This document shows positions 1-10,365 of a stretch of DNA of 64,000 nucleotides, piece by piece. The first letter of the stretch is position 1, and every line of letters starts with the position of its first letter. The stretch is from Truepera sp. GTDB lineage: Bacteria > Deinococcota > Deinococci > Deinococcales > Trueperaceae. A model generated the notes under the pieces. It had not been told where the DNA came from. It saw only the letters and a list, made by a program, of their open reading frames with translations, and made no database searches. The translations under genes and the position numbers were made by a program. The stretch is taken from contig CBDCKW010000009.1 in NCBI GenBank assembly GCA_965218435.1, positions 2,880,001-2,944,000 of the forward strand, written 5' to 3'.

Positions 1-2061
1 TTTCAGCACTACGGCTTCGACCTCCCCGCGCTCCTCAAAGCAACGTACGAAGAGTTTTTAGGCGGCGGCGGGCGCGGCGGTTCAACCCTGACGACCCAGG
101 TTGTCAAAAATACGCTGCTGACCAACCTCGCCGACGAACGCTCGCTTGAACGCAAGATCAAAGAGATGATGCTCGCCGTTGAACTCGAGCGCCGCCTGAC
201 CAAAGCCGAAATCTTACAGCAGTACTTAAACGTCGTCTACTGGGGCAAAAACTTTTACGGCATCCACGCGGCGGCGCAGGCATATTTTGGCAAAGACCCG
301 CTCGAGCTGACCCTCGCTGAAGGGCTCTATTTAGCCCGCCTCTTGCCCGCGCCCGAACCCAACTACGAAGACTTTACGGCGACCCGGCAGGCGATGAAAA
401 ACGTGCTCGCCAATATGGTCGAGCACGGCGTCGTCTCGCAAGCTGCGGCGGATCGGGCGTGGCGGCAACCCATTGAACCGACCGGCTGGCGAGTTCGTTA
501 CGACGGACGGGGCGAAATGATCGGTCAGCCCGAGCGCACCAAGGTTCAACCGCGCGTTTCGACAACGGTCGCGTCCAACCTCGGCAGTAACGTCGCGTTT
601 GCGGTGCGCAATGAGGTTCAAAAACACTTGCCCGGTCAGCTTTCTCGCGCAGGCGGTCTACGTATCTATACGACAATTGACTCGCAGGCACAAAAGGCAG
701 CGAACCGCGTCGCACAGAACAAAAACGGTTACGTCCCCGAAGGCGCGCAGATGGCGCTGGTCAGTATTGACCCGAAAACCGGCGGTATCTTGGCGATGGT
801 CGGCGGGCGGCTCGACACGGCGCAGGGCGGCGACACCTTTAACCGCGCGATGAGCGCCAAGCGGCAACCGGGCAGCTCGTTTAAGCCGATTGTCGTGGCT
901 ACCGCTTTAGAGCAGGGCGGTTATACGCAGGCGACACTCCTATCGGACAATAAAACGACCTTTGACGACCCCGGTCAAGCGCCGTGGACCCCGCGCAACC
1001 ACGACGATACCTTTGACGGCATCAAAACGCTCCGCAGCCACCTAGATAGAAGCCGCAACATCCCGATGGTTAAACTTGCCGAGGCAGTGACGCCGCAAGC
1101 TGTGGTCACCCGCGCGACACAACTGGGCTATGATGTCCTCCCGGTTCCGGCGATTGCGCTCGGCTCATTTGAAGTGACCCCGGAAAAACACGCCGCCGCG
1201 CTTGCCGCCTTTGCCAACGGAGGCGTTTACATCGAACCGCACCTGATCAAAAAGGTCACCGACGCCGAAGGTAACGTGCTCTACGAGGCCGAACCGCTTC
1301 ACACGAAAGTCTGGAGCAGTGCGACGGCGTATCTGATGCTCGACTTGCTCCGGGGTAACGTCGTTGACAAGAATCCCGTTGGTTTCTCCAACCGTGCCGC
1401 AATCGAAGGGCGCTGGGTCGGCGGCAAGACCGGCACCACCAACGACGAACACGATATCTGGTTTGTCGGCCTGACACCGGAAGCGGTCTCAGCGGTCTGG
1501 ATCGGTTATGACGCTCCGAAGAGTCTACCTAAAGCGACGCCGGACGGCGAGCTGATCAACTCGTCGCGGCAGCCCATCTGGGTTTGGAAACAGTTTGCGG
1601 AGGAGGCGTTCGCTGGCCGCGCGGCAAGGCCGTGGCAAGCGCCGCCGAACATCATGTTTGAGCGTGTTGACCTCTCGACCGGGGTCCCGAGCGCCCAGGG
1701 AACGCGCGTTGCGTTTGTCCGGGGGACGCAGCCGGGGGCTAGGGGTCAACAGGTGGCAAGTTACCTCAATATCACCATTCCGGTAGATACCCGTACCAAC
1801 AAACGAGCGACAGCCGAAACGCCGCAAGAGGACCTCGAGTGGCGCGAAATCAGTCCGAGCGAAGTGCAGCAGTTTGCCCTGCCGCTACCCCAAGGTGCGG
1901 CGTTGACCCAGGGACAAACCGGGCAGCAGACACAGGGGCAAAACGGACAAACAGGGCAAGCGCAAACTGCTGGGCAAGGAAACACAGGGAGTTCACAACC
2001 CGACCCCAACGCACCTGCTGGCGATAACAACGGCGTCGGCTGGCTCGACTGGCGCAACTAG
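1..2061 (+). CDS. Class A penicillin-binding protein (PBP1A family), 5'-partial
   Basis: Frame is open from base 1 (FQHYGFD...GGSTLTTQVVKN transglycosylase motif). Transpeptidase motifs SSFK, SRN and KTGT are present, with a Q/G/T-rich C-terminal tail. Confidence 0.93.
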   Translation, partial: FQHYGFDLPALLKATYEEFLGGGGRGGSTLTTQVVKNTLLTNLADERSLERKIKEMMLAVELERRLTKAEILQQYLNVVYWGKNFYGIHAAAQAYFGKDPLELTLAEGLYLARLLPAPEPNYEDFTATRQAMKNVLANMVEHGVVSQAAADRAWRQPIEPTGWRVRYDGRGEMIGQPERTKVQPRVSTTVASNLGSNVAFAVRNEVQKHLPGQLSRAGGLRIYTTIDSQAQKAANRVAQNKNGYVPEGAQMALVSIDPKTGGILAMVGGRLDTAQGGDTFNRAMSAKRQPGSSFKPIVVATALEQGGYTQATLLSDNKTTFDDPGQAPWTPRNHDDTFDGIKTLRSHLDRSRNIPMVKLAEAVTPQAVVTRATQLGYDVLPVPAIALGSFEVTPEKHAAALAAFANGGVYIEPHLIKKVTDAEGNVLYEAEPLHTKVWSSATAYLMLDLLRGNVVDKNPVGFSNRAAIEGRWVGGKTGTTNDEHDIWFVGLTPEAVSAVWIGYDAPKSLPKATPDGELINSSRQPIWVWKQFAEEAFAGRAARPWQAPPNIMFERVDLSTGVPSAQGTRVAFVRGTQPGARGQQVASYLNITIPVDTRTNKRATAETPQEDLEWREISPSEVQQFALPLPQGAALTQGQTGQQTQGQNGQTGQAQTAGQGNTGSSQPDPNAPAGDNNGVGWLDWRN

Positions 2062-2066
2062 CACGC

Positions 2067-2990
2067 GTGACTCTAACAGCAGTTTCCGGTATTCGGGTGG
2101 GTCATTGGCGAGACGTTACAGCGCAAACCGGGTGTACGGTTGTCCTTTGCCCTGAACCGGGTTGCGTCGCCTCGGGAGATGTACGCGGCAGTGCGCCGGG
2201 AACGCGAGAGACGGCGCTGCTAGAACCAGAAAAAACGGTGCAACAAGTTCAGGCTGTACTTTTGACGGGCGGCAGCGCGTTTGGGCTCGGGGCGGCGGCT
2301 GGTGTGATGCGTTACCTCGAGGAGCGTGGACTGGGTTTCGCTACGCCGTTCGGCGCAGTGCCTATCGTTCCGGCAGCGGCGCTCTATGACCTCAGCCGAG
2401 GCAATCCAAAGGTTCGCCCCGACGCCGAAGCCGGTTACCGGGCTTGTAAAGCAGCTACGACCGAACCTGTGCAGCAAGGCCGAGTGAGAGCAGGCGCAGG
2501 CGCAAGTTGCGGTAAATATTTAGGTTTCGAGCGGGCACAGGTCAGTGGATTGGGAAGCGCGTCCGCACAGGTCGGCGGCGCGGTTGTCGCCGCGCTCGTG
2601 GTCGCCAATCCGGTCGGTGACATCGTAGACCCGAATACGGGTCAGGTCATTGCCGGGGTCGCGGGTGAAACGGGGTCTTATCTGGAGCGGTTTACCCGGG
2701 CCCCCTTTGACCCGGCTGATACTGACATCGCTGGCAGTAACACCACGCTCGTGGTCGTCGCTACCGACGCGCCGATCAGCAAAGCCGAGGCTAAAGCTCT
2801 AGCAGGGAGCGCCCACATCGGGATCACTCGGGTGACGCGGCCCTCGCACACCGTTTCAGACGGCGACACCGCGTTTTGCCTGAGCACGGGCACCGGCCCA
2901 CAAGTTCCGTTGATGCTTCTCTCAGTTGCCGTACAAGAGGTTGTCGCAGAGGCGATCTTACGTGGGGTAAGAGCCGCACACGAGGACTGA
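2067..2990 (+). CDS. P1/S58 family peptidase (DmpA-like)
   Basis: VGHW...TGCTVVL, GSAPGTRET, LTGGSAFGL, NTTL and DGDTAF motifs. Confidence 0.88.
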   Translation: MTLTAVSGIRVGHWRDVTAQTGCTVVLCPEPGCVASGDVRGSAPGTRETALLEPEKTVQQVQAVLLTGGSAFGLGAAAGVMRYLEERGLGFATPFGAVPIVPAAALYDLSRGNPKVRPDAEAGYRACKAATTEPVQQGRVRAGAGASCGKYLGFERAQVSGLGSASAQVGGAVVAALVVANPVGDIVDPNTGQVIAGVAGETGSYLERFTRAPFDPADTDIAGSNTTLVVVATDAPISKAEAKALAGSAHIGITRVTRPSHTVSDGDTAFCLSTGTGPQVPLMLLSVAVQEVVAEAILRGVRAAHED

Positions 2991-3023
2991 GTTTACATTT
3001 GAGTGACGTGTCATGATGTGACT

Positions 3024-3593
3024 ATGAAGGTCGGGGTTTTGGCTCTGCAAGGGGCATTTCGGGAACATAAACAGGTTTTGGAGCGGCTCGGCGCAGACGT
3101 GACCGAGGTACGACTACCGGCACAGCTCAGCGGTCTTGCAGGTATCATCATCCCCGGCGGCGAATCTACCACGATGGTTAAACTCATGCAGCTTTACGGG
3201 TTGGACAGGGCGCTTAAAGACTTTTACAGCGGGGGTGGCGCGGTTTGGGGCACCTGCGCCGGAGCGATTGCGATTGCTCGAGACGTTGCCGGACGACCCG
3301 AGCAACCGCGCTTGGGTTTGTTAGACATCGAGGTCGCCCGTAACGATTACGGGCGGCAAGTGGCGTCGTTTGAAACCGAGTTAGACGTCGAGGGATTTAC
3401 AAGTCCCTTTCATGCTGTCTTTATCCGCGCACCCCGAATTATCCACGTCGGCCCGGATATCGAGGTGCTGGCCAGCTACCAAAATGACCCGGTGATGGTG
3501 ACTCGAGACCGTCTTTTAGCTACCGTCTTTCACCCTGAACTCTCCGGCGACGACCGCGTTCATAAACGGTTTCTAACCCTATCAGGCAGCTGA
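3024..3593 (+). CDS. pdxT: PLP synthase glutaminase subunit PdxT
   Basis: GVLALQGAFREH, PGGESTT, GTCAG, FIRAP and FHPEL motifs. Start trimmed to ATG 3024. Confidence 0.95.
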   Translation: MKVGVLALQGAFREHKQVLERLGADVTEVRLPAQLSGLAGIIIPGGESTTMVKLMQLYGLDRALKDFYSGGGAVWGTCAGAIAIARDVAGRPEQPRLGLLDIEVARNDYGRQVASFETELDVEGFTSPFHAVFIRAPRIIHVGPDIEVLASYQNDPVMVTRDRLLATVFHPELSGDDRVHKRFLTLSGS

Positions 3594-3714
3594 GTTTGGC
3601 TAAACGCAAGTAGTAGGAAGTAAGGAGCAAGAATCAGAAAGGTTTTCTCATACTAAGATTTAGGCGTGTAACACGAAGATAAAAGCATTTCTTAAACCTT
3701 TCAATATAACTTGG

Positions 3715-3921
3715 TCAGCGTCTACTCAGGCGTTCGTTGCCCCGTTTGAAGTTTCCTGTCACCCGTTGCAACGCCTTTTGCACACTTTGGTTATCAGCTT
3801 TCGAGAGTTCAGCAGCAAGCTTGTCTCCGCGCACGCCGCCCAACGTCATGACGCAGCGTCCTTCCCAAAAGATACGCACTCCCCTTTTGGTAAGTTGGTA
3901 AGCGAATACCTCGTGACCCAT
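3715..3921 (-). CDS. Small conserved-type hypothetical protein
   Basis: 68-aa ORF ending TGNFKRGNER. TAGACT lies 6 nt upstream of the ATG (leaderless pattern). Confidence 0.7.
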   Translation of the reverse strand: MGHEVFAYQLTKRGVRIFWEGRCVMTLGGVRGDKLAAELSKADNQSVQKALQRVTGNFKRGNERLSRR

Positions 3922-4062
3922 ACCGCCAGTCTAACGCTCTCAGCTAAGCACAAATCCGAACGAGGCGGCGCTCTCTGCAAATGCGTCTATTAGACCGTCG
4001 GACTCAGCTGTTATAGTGGTCGGCGGACGCGCTTTAGGCGCACGTGAACCTTTAGGAGCTTT

Positions 4063-4599
4063 ATGAAATACTATCAACTACCCGCTGGACGCAACGTCCC
4101 TGAAGTCTTAAACGCAGTCATCGAAGTGCCGAAAAACAGCTCGAACAAGTACGAGTACGACGCTGAATTTGACGTGATGCGGCTCGACCGCGTGCTTTAC
4201 AGCGCCATGCACTACCCCGGCGACTACGGCTTTATCCCGAGCACCCTGGCCGAAGACGGTGACCCGCTCGATGTCGTAGTTCTGATTGGCGCACCGAGTT
4301 TTCCGGGTGTCGTTTTAGATGTGCGGCCGATCGGATTTTTAGAAATGACCGACGACAAGGGCCGTGACCAAAAGATTTTGGCTGTGCCTGTCTACGACCC
4401 ACGTTTTGAGCAGCACACTTCGCTCAAAGATGTCGGCGAGCACTATCTTAAAGAAGTCGCCAACTTTTTTGAAGTGTATAAGCAGCTCGAGAATAAAGAG
4501 ACCCAAATCGAGGACTGGCACGATGTGGACGAGGCGCACACGCTTATTCAAGAGTGCATCGAGCGGTATAAAAAAGACAAAGGCAGTATCGAGCAGTAG
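4063..4599 (+). CDS. ppa: Family I inorganic pyrophosphatase
   Basis: KYEYD, YPGDYGFIP and DGDPLD motifs. AGGAG Shine-Dalgarno sequence upstream. Confidence 0.96.
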   Translation: MKYYQLPAGRNVPEVLNAVIEVPKNSSNKYEYDAEFDVMRLDRVLYSAMHYPGDYGFIPSTLAEDGDPLDVVVLIGAPSFPGVVLDVRPIGFLEMTDDKGRDQKILAVPVYDPRFEQHTSLKDVGEHYLKEVANFFEVYKQLENKETQIEDWHDVDEAHTLIQECIERYKKDKGSIEQ

Positions 4600-4612
4600 C
4601 AGCAGACTTTCT

Positions 4613-4644
4613 AAAAAGCCTCACACGATGTTGTGAGGCTTTTT
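4613..4644 (+). terminator. Intrinsic terminator after ppa
   Basis: AAAAAGCCTCACA-cgatgt-TGTGAGGCTTTTT. Confidence 0.85.
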
Positions 4645-4713
4645 GCGTTCAGGGACGCGGTATATCGGCGAGACACCTCATAAGAACTTGGCGGTTCAGA
4701 CCTTAATCCATCC

Positions 4714-4731
4714 GTCACAAAACGGTCACAA
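4714..4731 (+). promoter_or_regulatory. Candidate OmpR/PhoB-family binding site
   Basis: GTCACAA repeated at 4714 and 4725 (11-bp period) upstream of an operon adjacent to an OmpR-family two-component system. Confidence 0.5.
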
Positions 4732-4809
4732 CTGAGGGCTAAAACTTGGATTTGAGCGTTGCTCACCTAACACCGCCCCAAGTTTTGGGGCATATCAACG
4801 GAGGCCGTT

Positions 4810-6015
4810 ATGAACGTCAACCGCCAGCTCACCGCCTTATGCGCCTGTAGTTTGCTTTGCTTTACGGGGCTAAGTTTCGCGCAAAGCAGCAGTGCGAGCC
4901 CAACCTCACAGGCGAGCAGCCAAACTGCCAGTTCATATCAGGGTTTAGCTTTTACCACCCCCTACCCGGCAACGAGCGTCAGCTTAAACGAGACGACGAC
5001 GCTCAACCTCACCTTGCACAACTACGGGTTGCCCCCGCAGCTCCTTAAACTCTCGGTCACCCAGGCCCCCAAGGGTTGGACGACGAGCTTTTTGGGGGAC
5101 GGCGTACCGGTCGGTGAAGTTGCGGTCAACCCCGACGACAGTGCGGACCTCAGCTTGCAAGTTCAGCCCCTGACAAACGCCAAAGCAGGCGATTACGCCG
5201 TCACGCTGCTCGCTCAGGGCAAAAATGAACAGGTGACGCTGCCGCTGACCCTCACGCTGGCCAAACTCCTGCCGCCCAAACTGACGCTCACAAGCGACCT
5301 GCCCGCGCTGACCGGTTCGCCGAGCACACCGTTTAGCTTTAACGTCTCGCTGAAAAACGACAGCGGCACCGACGCGACTGCCAACCTTCAGGCGCAGAGT
5401 GAACCCGGCTTTCAGGTCAAGTTCGAGAGTGCAGGCAACGAGGTCACGAGTGTGCCGGTCGCCGCAGGTGAAACGCAAAGCCTGACGGTGAGTGTGACGC
5501 CGCCGTCCGACGCCCAGGGCGGCGATTATCAGGTTCAGGTCAAGGCGGTATCGGACAAGGCGCAAGCCGAGCTGCCGCTCAAGTTGACGATTACCGGGCA
5601 ACCGGCGCTCAGCTTAAGTGGACAGAACGGCGTCTTGTCGGCCCGCGCTGCGATGGGCAAAGACACCCCGCTCGAGCTCGTCGTCAGCAACGACGGCAGC
5701 GCCCCGGCCGACAACGTGACACTCTCCGCGACCGCCCCTGACGGGTGGAAAACCACCTTTACGCCTGACACCATCCCCACTGTCGCGCCCGGTCAGCAGC
5801 AAGCGGTCAAGCTCGACCTGACGCCCTCAAACGACGCCATCGCCGGGGACTATGTGGTCTCGCTCAAAGCTGCGAGTGCCGCGGGGCTCGCGCAGTCCGC
5901 CGACTTCCGTATCACCACCACGACCTCAACCCTGTGGGGCATCGTCGCGGTCATCGTCATCGCCGCTGCACTGCTCGTGATGGGCGGCGCGGTCGCACGT
6001 TTTGGCAGGCGCTAA
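4810..6015 (+). CDS. Exported NEW3/Ig-like repeat protein with C-terminal membrane anchor
   Basis: Signal peptide (SFA-Q), three repeated Ig-like units (e.g. PKGW, PDGW...AGDY) and a C-terminal TM helix ending RFGRR. Confidence 0.8.
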   Translation: MNVNRQLTALCACSLLCFTGLSFAQSSSASPTSQASSQTASSYQGLAFTTPYPATSVSLNETTTLNLTLHNYGLPPQLLKLSVTQAPKGWTTSFLGDGVPVGEVAVNPDDSADLSLQVQPLTNAKAGDYAVTLLAQGKNEQVTLPLTLTLAKLLPPKLTLTSDLPALTGSPSTPFSFNVSLKNDSGTDATANLQAQSEPGFQVKFESAGNEVTSVPVAAGETQSLTVSVTPPSDAQGGDYQVQVKAVSDKAQAELPLKLTITGQPALSLSGQNGVLSARAAMGKDTPLELVVSNDGSAPADNVTLSATAPDGWKTTFTPDTIPTVAPGQQQAVKLDLTPSNDAIAGDYVVSLKAASAAGLAQSADFRITTTTSTLWGIVAVIVIAAALLVMGGAVARFGRR

Positions 6016-6017
6016 TC

Positions 6018-6989
6018 ATGACGAGCGTCGTGATCGAAACCAAGGCGTTGCAGAAGCGTTACGGCAAGTTCGTCGCGGTCGAAGGGCTTAACCTCACCGT
6101 CGAAGAGGGCGAAGTTTACGGGCTGCTCGGGCCGAACGGCTCGGGTAAAACGACCACCATCCTGATGCTCTTAGGGCTGACCGAACCGAGTTCGGGAAGC
6201 GTGCGCGTCCTGAGTTTTAACCCGGCGCGGGAACCGCTCGAGGTCAAACGCCGGGTCGGTTACCTACCCGACGCCGTGGGCTTTTACGACGAGCTGAGCG
6301 CACGGGCCAACCTGCACTACAGCGGGCGACTGTTGGGCCTCGCCGAAAAAACCGTGCGTGAACGCACCGATGACGTGCTCACACGGATGGGCCTCGCCGA
6401 AGTCGCGGGCAAACGCGTCGGGACCTTTTCACGCGGGATGCGCCAGCGCCTCGGCCTCGCCGATGTGCTCTTAAAAAGGCCGCAGGTTGCTATTTTAGAC
6501 GAACCGACTGCGAGCTTAGACCCGAGTTCGGCGAACGAGTTTTTAGAGCTGATCCGCACACTCAAACGTGAAGGGTTGACGGTGCTGCTCTCGTCGCACC
6601 TGCTCCATCAGGTGCAAGCGGTGTGCGACCGGGTGGGGCTTTTTCGGCACGGACGGCTCGAGCTAGAAGGCACCGTACCCGAATTGGCGCGGCACGTCCT
6701 TGGCAGCGCCTATAACCTCGAGGTCGAGGCGCGGGGCGAGCGTGTCCAAGAGGCGCTGCAAAGTGTTGATGGGGTGCTGAGTTTACAGGCCCGTGACGCC
6801 ACGCACTACCGCGTTGAAGCGCGGGAAGATTTGCGGCCCCAGCTCGCCGCCGCCGTTGCGAGAAGCGGAGCCGAACTCTACAGTTTGCGGCTCGAGGAAC
6901 GCTCGCTCGACGACGTGTACAGCCATCATTTTGACGCTGACCAAAGAGCTGACAAGGGAGCCGAGCATGACTTCGCCAGCGTTGCCTAA
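6018..6989 (+). CDS. ABC-2 type transporter ATP-binding protein
   Basis: [20 protein letters not shown] and SSH motifs. Confidence 0.93.
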   Translation: MTSVVIETKALQKRYGKFVAVEGLNLTVEEGEVYGLLGPNGSGKTTTILMLLGLTEPSSGSVRVLSFNPAREPLEVKRRVGYLPDAVGFYDELSARANLHYSGRLLGLAEKTVRERTDDVLTRMGLAEVAGKRVGTFSRGMRQRLGLADVLLKRPQVAILDEPTASLDPSSANEFLELIRTLKREGLTVLLSSHLLHQVQAVCDRVGLFRHGRLELEGTVPELARHVLGSAYNLEVEARGERVQEALQSVDGVLSLQARDATHYRVEAREDLRPQLAAAVARSGAELYSLRLEERSLDDVYSHHFDADQRADKGAEHDFASVA

Positions 6990-7959
6990 GGCGACTAACA
7001 GAGCCGCGCCGAAAGTGCGGCGCGGTTCACCTTGGACAGGACTTGGCGCGGTCATCCGCAAAGAGATGGCCGACCACTTTGCGAGTGTGCGGGTACGGCT
7101 GCTCGAGGGTCTGATCTTGCTGACCGCTATCGGCACCGTCTACGCTGCCAGCCAGAGCCTCAAAGGGGCCGACGCAGGCTCGTTTCTGTTCCTCCGCTTA
7201 TTCACCTCAGCACAAGACCCCCTCCCCTCATTTGTCGCGTTTTTAGGTTTCCTCATTCCCATCGTCGCTATCGCACTAGGTTTCGACGCCATCAACGGCG
7301 AGTTCAGCCGGGGCACGCTGAGCCGGGTGTTGTCGCAACCTATCTACCGGGACGCGCTCCTGTTCGGCAAGTTTTTAGCCGGTCTTTTTACGATTGGCAT
7401 TATGCTCTTAGCCTTGTGGCTCTTGGTCACCGGAATGGGCATCTTTTTGCTGGGCGTGCCGCCGAGCGCCGAAGAGGTCGCACGCGGGCTCCTCTTTTTG
7501 TTCGGGACGCTGGCCTACGCCGGGGTCTGGCTGGCCGTCGCTCTGTTCTTCTCCACCGTCTTTAAGCAGAGCGCGACGGCAGCGATGGCGGCGCTCGCGC
7601 TGTGGCTGCTTTTTGCCATCTTCTGGCCGATTATCGTCTCGCTCTTGACCCCGCTCTACCCGCTCAGCGACAACCCGTTTACGGCGCAGCTCGGGCAAGT
7701 CCATTTTCAGCAGACGCTCAGCCGCATCTCGCCTAACACGCTCTTTAGCGAGCTGACGCTGGTGCTCTTAAACCCTGCCACCCGGACGCTCGGCCCGGTG
7801 TTTTATTCGCAGGTGCAAGGGGCCATTATGGGTGCGCCCTTGCCGCTGTCGCAAAGCCTGCTCATCATCTGGCCGCAATTTACCAGCCTCATCGCCACGG
7901 TGATTTTGCTCTTTACGCTGACCTACGTCATTTTTCAGCGTCAGGAGATTCGGGCGTAA
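6967..7959 (+). CDS. ABC-2 type transporter permease
   Basis: Multiple TM helices, GFDAINGE...[10 protein letters not shown] motif. Overlaps the ATPase gene. Confidence 0.9.
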   Translation: MTSPALPKATNRAAPKVRRGSPWTGLGAVIRKEMADHFASVRVRLLEGLILLTAIGTVYAASQSLKGADAGSFLFLRLFTSAQDPLPSFVAFLGFLIPIVAIALGFDAINGEFSRGTLSRVLSQPIYRDALLFGKFLAGLFTIGIMLLALWLLVTGMGIFLLGVPPSAEEVARGLLFLFGTLAYAGVWLAVALFFSTVFKQSATAAMAALALWLLFAIFWPIIVSLLTPLYPLSDNPFTAQLGQVHFQQTLSRISPNTLFSELTLVLLNPATRTLGPVFYSQVQGAIMGAPLPLSQSLLIIWPQFTSLIATVILLFTLTYVIFQRQEIRA

Positions 7960-7966
7960 CCTTGCG

Positions 7967-7988
7967 CCTTTACAGCTCCTTTACAGCT
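7967..7988 (+). promoter_or_regulatory. Tandem 11-bp repeat upstream of the response regulator (candidate autoregulatory site)
   Basis: CCTTTACAGCT x2, about 20 nt upstream of TAGAGT-N6-GTG. Confidence 0.55.
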
Positions 7989-8019
7989 ACCTGTAAGGCA
8001 GCGGTGCTAGAGTTTCGAC

Positions 8020-8685
8020 GTGGCGACACTGTTACTCGTTGATGACGACGCCGCAATTCGTGAGGTGCTCCGGGCGTACCTCACGCACAGCGGCTTTGCG
8101 CTGCTCGAGGCCGCAGACGGCCCCAGCGCCCTCGAGCAGGCTCCGCAAGCCGACGTCGTGATTCTCGACCTGATGCTGCCGGGGCTGAGTGGCCTCGAGG
8201 TCGCCCAAACGCTGCGCGCTGAACGTCCCGAGCTGCCGATTTTGATGTTGACCGCCAAGGCTGCCGAAGATGAGCGCGTCGCGGGTCTCGAGCTGGGCGC
8301 GGACGACTACGTGACCAAACCCTTTAGCCCGCGTGAGGTCGTCGCCCGGATCAAAGCACTGTTGCGCCGTAGCGGGCACCAAGACACGCTGCAGCACGGC
8401 GACCTAAGTATCAACAGTGCCTGTCACCAGGTCACGGTTAGCGGACAGATGCTCGAGCTGACCCGGCTCGAGTTCGATCTACTTTTAACCCTCGCTCAGC
8501 ATCCGGGTTTGGTCTGGAGCCGCAACCGGTTGCTCGAAAAAGTCTGGGGGCCGGATTTTTCCGGGTTTGAACGGGTGGTTGACGCCCGCATCAAGGCGCT
8601 CCGCAAAAAACTCGGTGACGACCCTGACGAGCCGCGTTATATCGAGACCGTTCACGGCGTCGGCTACCGGATGCGCGATAAGTAA
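8020..8685 (+). CDS. OmpR-family response regulator
   Basis: LLVDDD, LDLMLP, GADDYVTKPF and IETVHGVGY motifs. Confidence 0.95.
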   Translation: MATLLLVDDDAAIREVLRAYLTHSGFALLEAADGPSALEQAPQADVVILDLMLPGLSGLEVAQTLRAERPELPILMLTAKAAEDERVAGLELGADDYVTKPFSPREVVARIKALLRRSGHQDTLQHGDLSINSACHQVTVSGQMLELTRLEFDLLLTLAQHPGLVWSRNRLLEKVWGPDFSGFERVVDARIKALRKKLGDDPDEPRYIETVHGVGYRMRDK

Positions 8686-8901
8686 CCCGTAAGCTGGAGG
8701 TACCCGAAAAGTAGGTTGGGGCAACTTGAACTCGAGGAGAATACAGGAGGCAGAAGGGAGAATAAGGGCGGCTTTGAGCTATCTGCATGCCGTGTTCTAC
8801 CTTCTTTTGTAAATCTTAAAAAACTTACACCACCTCGTTAGGTGAACGAGCTATAAACCAAATAGACCATAAAGTAGCGCCCGAGATGGTGAAATAAGAC
8901 T

Positions 8902-9999
8902 GTGCGGCTCTTTACCAAACTCTTCCTCAACACGCTTCTCGCTATCTTGGTCGCTGAAACCGTGCTGCTCATCGTCGCTAGCATCTTGCCGGGCCGAGAA
9001 TTCGAGAGTGACCTCGAGGCGTTTCGTACCCTTTCCGAACCGACGCGGCGTGAACTCTTCACCGAAGTGAGCCGCGACAGCCGCCGAGGACTCACCGAAG
9101 GCATCCTCATTTCGCTGCCGGTAGCAACTGCCGTCGCCGCGGTTGTTACCCTGCGCGAATCGCGGCGCGTCGGGCGTGGGGTGAGGCGTCTGGCCGAAGT
9201 CAGCAACGCCGTTGCCGCGCGAAGGTTCGGAGAACGGGTCGCTATCTCGGGCCATGACGAGCTGAGCGACCTCTCCCGCAATTTCAACGCCATGACCCAG
9301 GCCCTCGCCCACGCCGAGCAGGACCGGGGTGAACTCATCAGCACCGTCACCCACGAACTCCGGACGCCGCTGGCAGCGCTGCAAGGCTACAGCGAGGCGC
9401 TCAGTGACGGGATTATCCCCGCTGAGACGGCGGCGCAGGCCATCAACCGTGAAGTGGCGTCGCTCAGAAAAATCGCGTCCGACCTGACGCTGGTCTCGAG
9501 CGCCGAAGCCGGGACGCTCCTCGTACACCCTGCCCGGCTGAGCGTAACCACGCTCATAGGCGACGCCGAAGACCGCTTTAAGGGCGCTTTTGAAGCGGAC
9601 GGTACAGGCTTTTGCAGCGTTGTGCAGGTGGGTTTACCAGACCTCGAGGCCGACCGCGAACGGGTCGGGCAGGTGCTCGCCAACCTGCTCGGCAACGCGC
9701 TCAAATACACGCCCGCCGGGGGAGCTGTTACTCTCCGCGCCGAACGCACGCCGGGGTGTGGATGTGTACTCTTTTCAGTCCAAGACACCGGGCCGGGGAT
9801 TTCGGCGGAGCACCAGGCGCATGTCTTCGAGCGTTTTTACCGCGTCGATGCGTCTCGGGGCCGGAGCGCAGGCGGGTTGGGCGTCGGCCTGACCGTGAGT
9901 AAAACCTTGGTCGAGGCGATGGGCGGGAGCATCTATCTGGAGAGCAATCCGGGAGCGGGGACGACCTTTTTCTTTACCCTGCCCGAAGCCAAGAGCTAA
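8902..9999 (+). CDS. Sensor histidine kinase (BaeS-like, HAMP)
   Basis: Two TM segments, HAMP domain, HELRTPL H-box, NALKY, DTGPGI and GLGVGL motifs. Confidence 0.93.
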   Translation: MRLFTKLFLNTLLAILVAETVLLIVASILPGREFESDLEAFRTLSEPTRRELFTEVSRDSRRGLTEGILISLPVATAVAAVVTLRESRRVGRGVRRLAEVSNAVAARRFGERVAISGHDELSDLSRNFNAMTQALAHAEQDRGELISTVTHELRTPLAALQGYSEALSDGIIPAETAAQAINREVASLRKIASDLTLVSSAEAGTLLVHPARLSVTTLIGDAEDRFKGAFEADGTGFCSVVQVGLPDLEADRERVGQVLANLLGNALKYTPAGGAVTLRAERTPGCGCVLFSVQDTGPGISAEHQAHVFERFYRVDASRGRSAGGLGVGLTVSKTLVEAMGGSIYLESNPGAGTTFFFTLPEAKS

Positions 10000-10011
10000 A
10001 ACGTTGTTTCC

Positions 10012-10365
10012 CTAGCTTGCTTTTACCAAAGCCGTCTCTCTATCCGGTACGAAAGCGACCTGACGGCCTCGGTTGCTCTCGAGCATGAACGCTTTTAGAC
10101 TCTCGCTCTTAAAAGCAAACTCACCGATAATGACGAGCTTCATACGGTAGTTCGCGTACTTTTGCAGTATTTCGCCTGCCAACCCGGTTTTCAGATCGAA
10201 AAACTCGGCGGGCAGGTGCCTTTCGCATAAGATGAGGCAGTCTGCGCCCCCATACTGGGCCGTCGCCATAAGGTTTAGGGCGTCTCGAGCCGTGTTGATG
10301 GCGACATCAGCCGACACGACTTCAGCAATTTTGTAGCCGCTGACTTCAATGATGTCGAGTTTCAT
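10012..10365 (-). CDS. DUF4180 family protein
   Basis: FFDLKTGLAGEILQKYANYR...ESNRG motif. Confidence 0.85.
   Translation of the reverse strand: MKLDIIEVSGYKIAEVVSADVAINTARDALNLMATAQYGGADCLILCERHLPAEFFDLKTGLAGEILQKYANYRMKLVIIGEFAFKSESLKAFMLESNRGRQVAFVPDRETALVKAS

Noticed and set aside
1900..2030. Repetitive CAAAC/GGGCA-rich stretch
   Set aside because: It encodes the low-complexity Q/G/T tail of PBP1A and is not an independent repeat element.
4984..5601. Long antisense or alternative-frame ORFs (e.g. 4984-5601, 38896-39465, 44386-44973, 47205-47774, 62484-63023)
   Set aside because: They are shadows of well-supported genes in high-GC DNA, with R/P/A-rich composition and no recognisable motifs.
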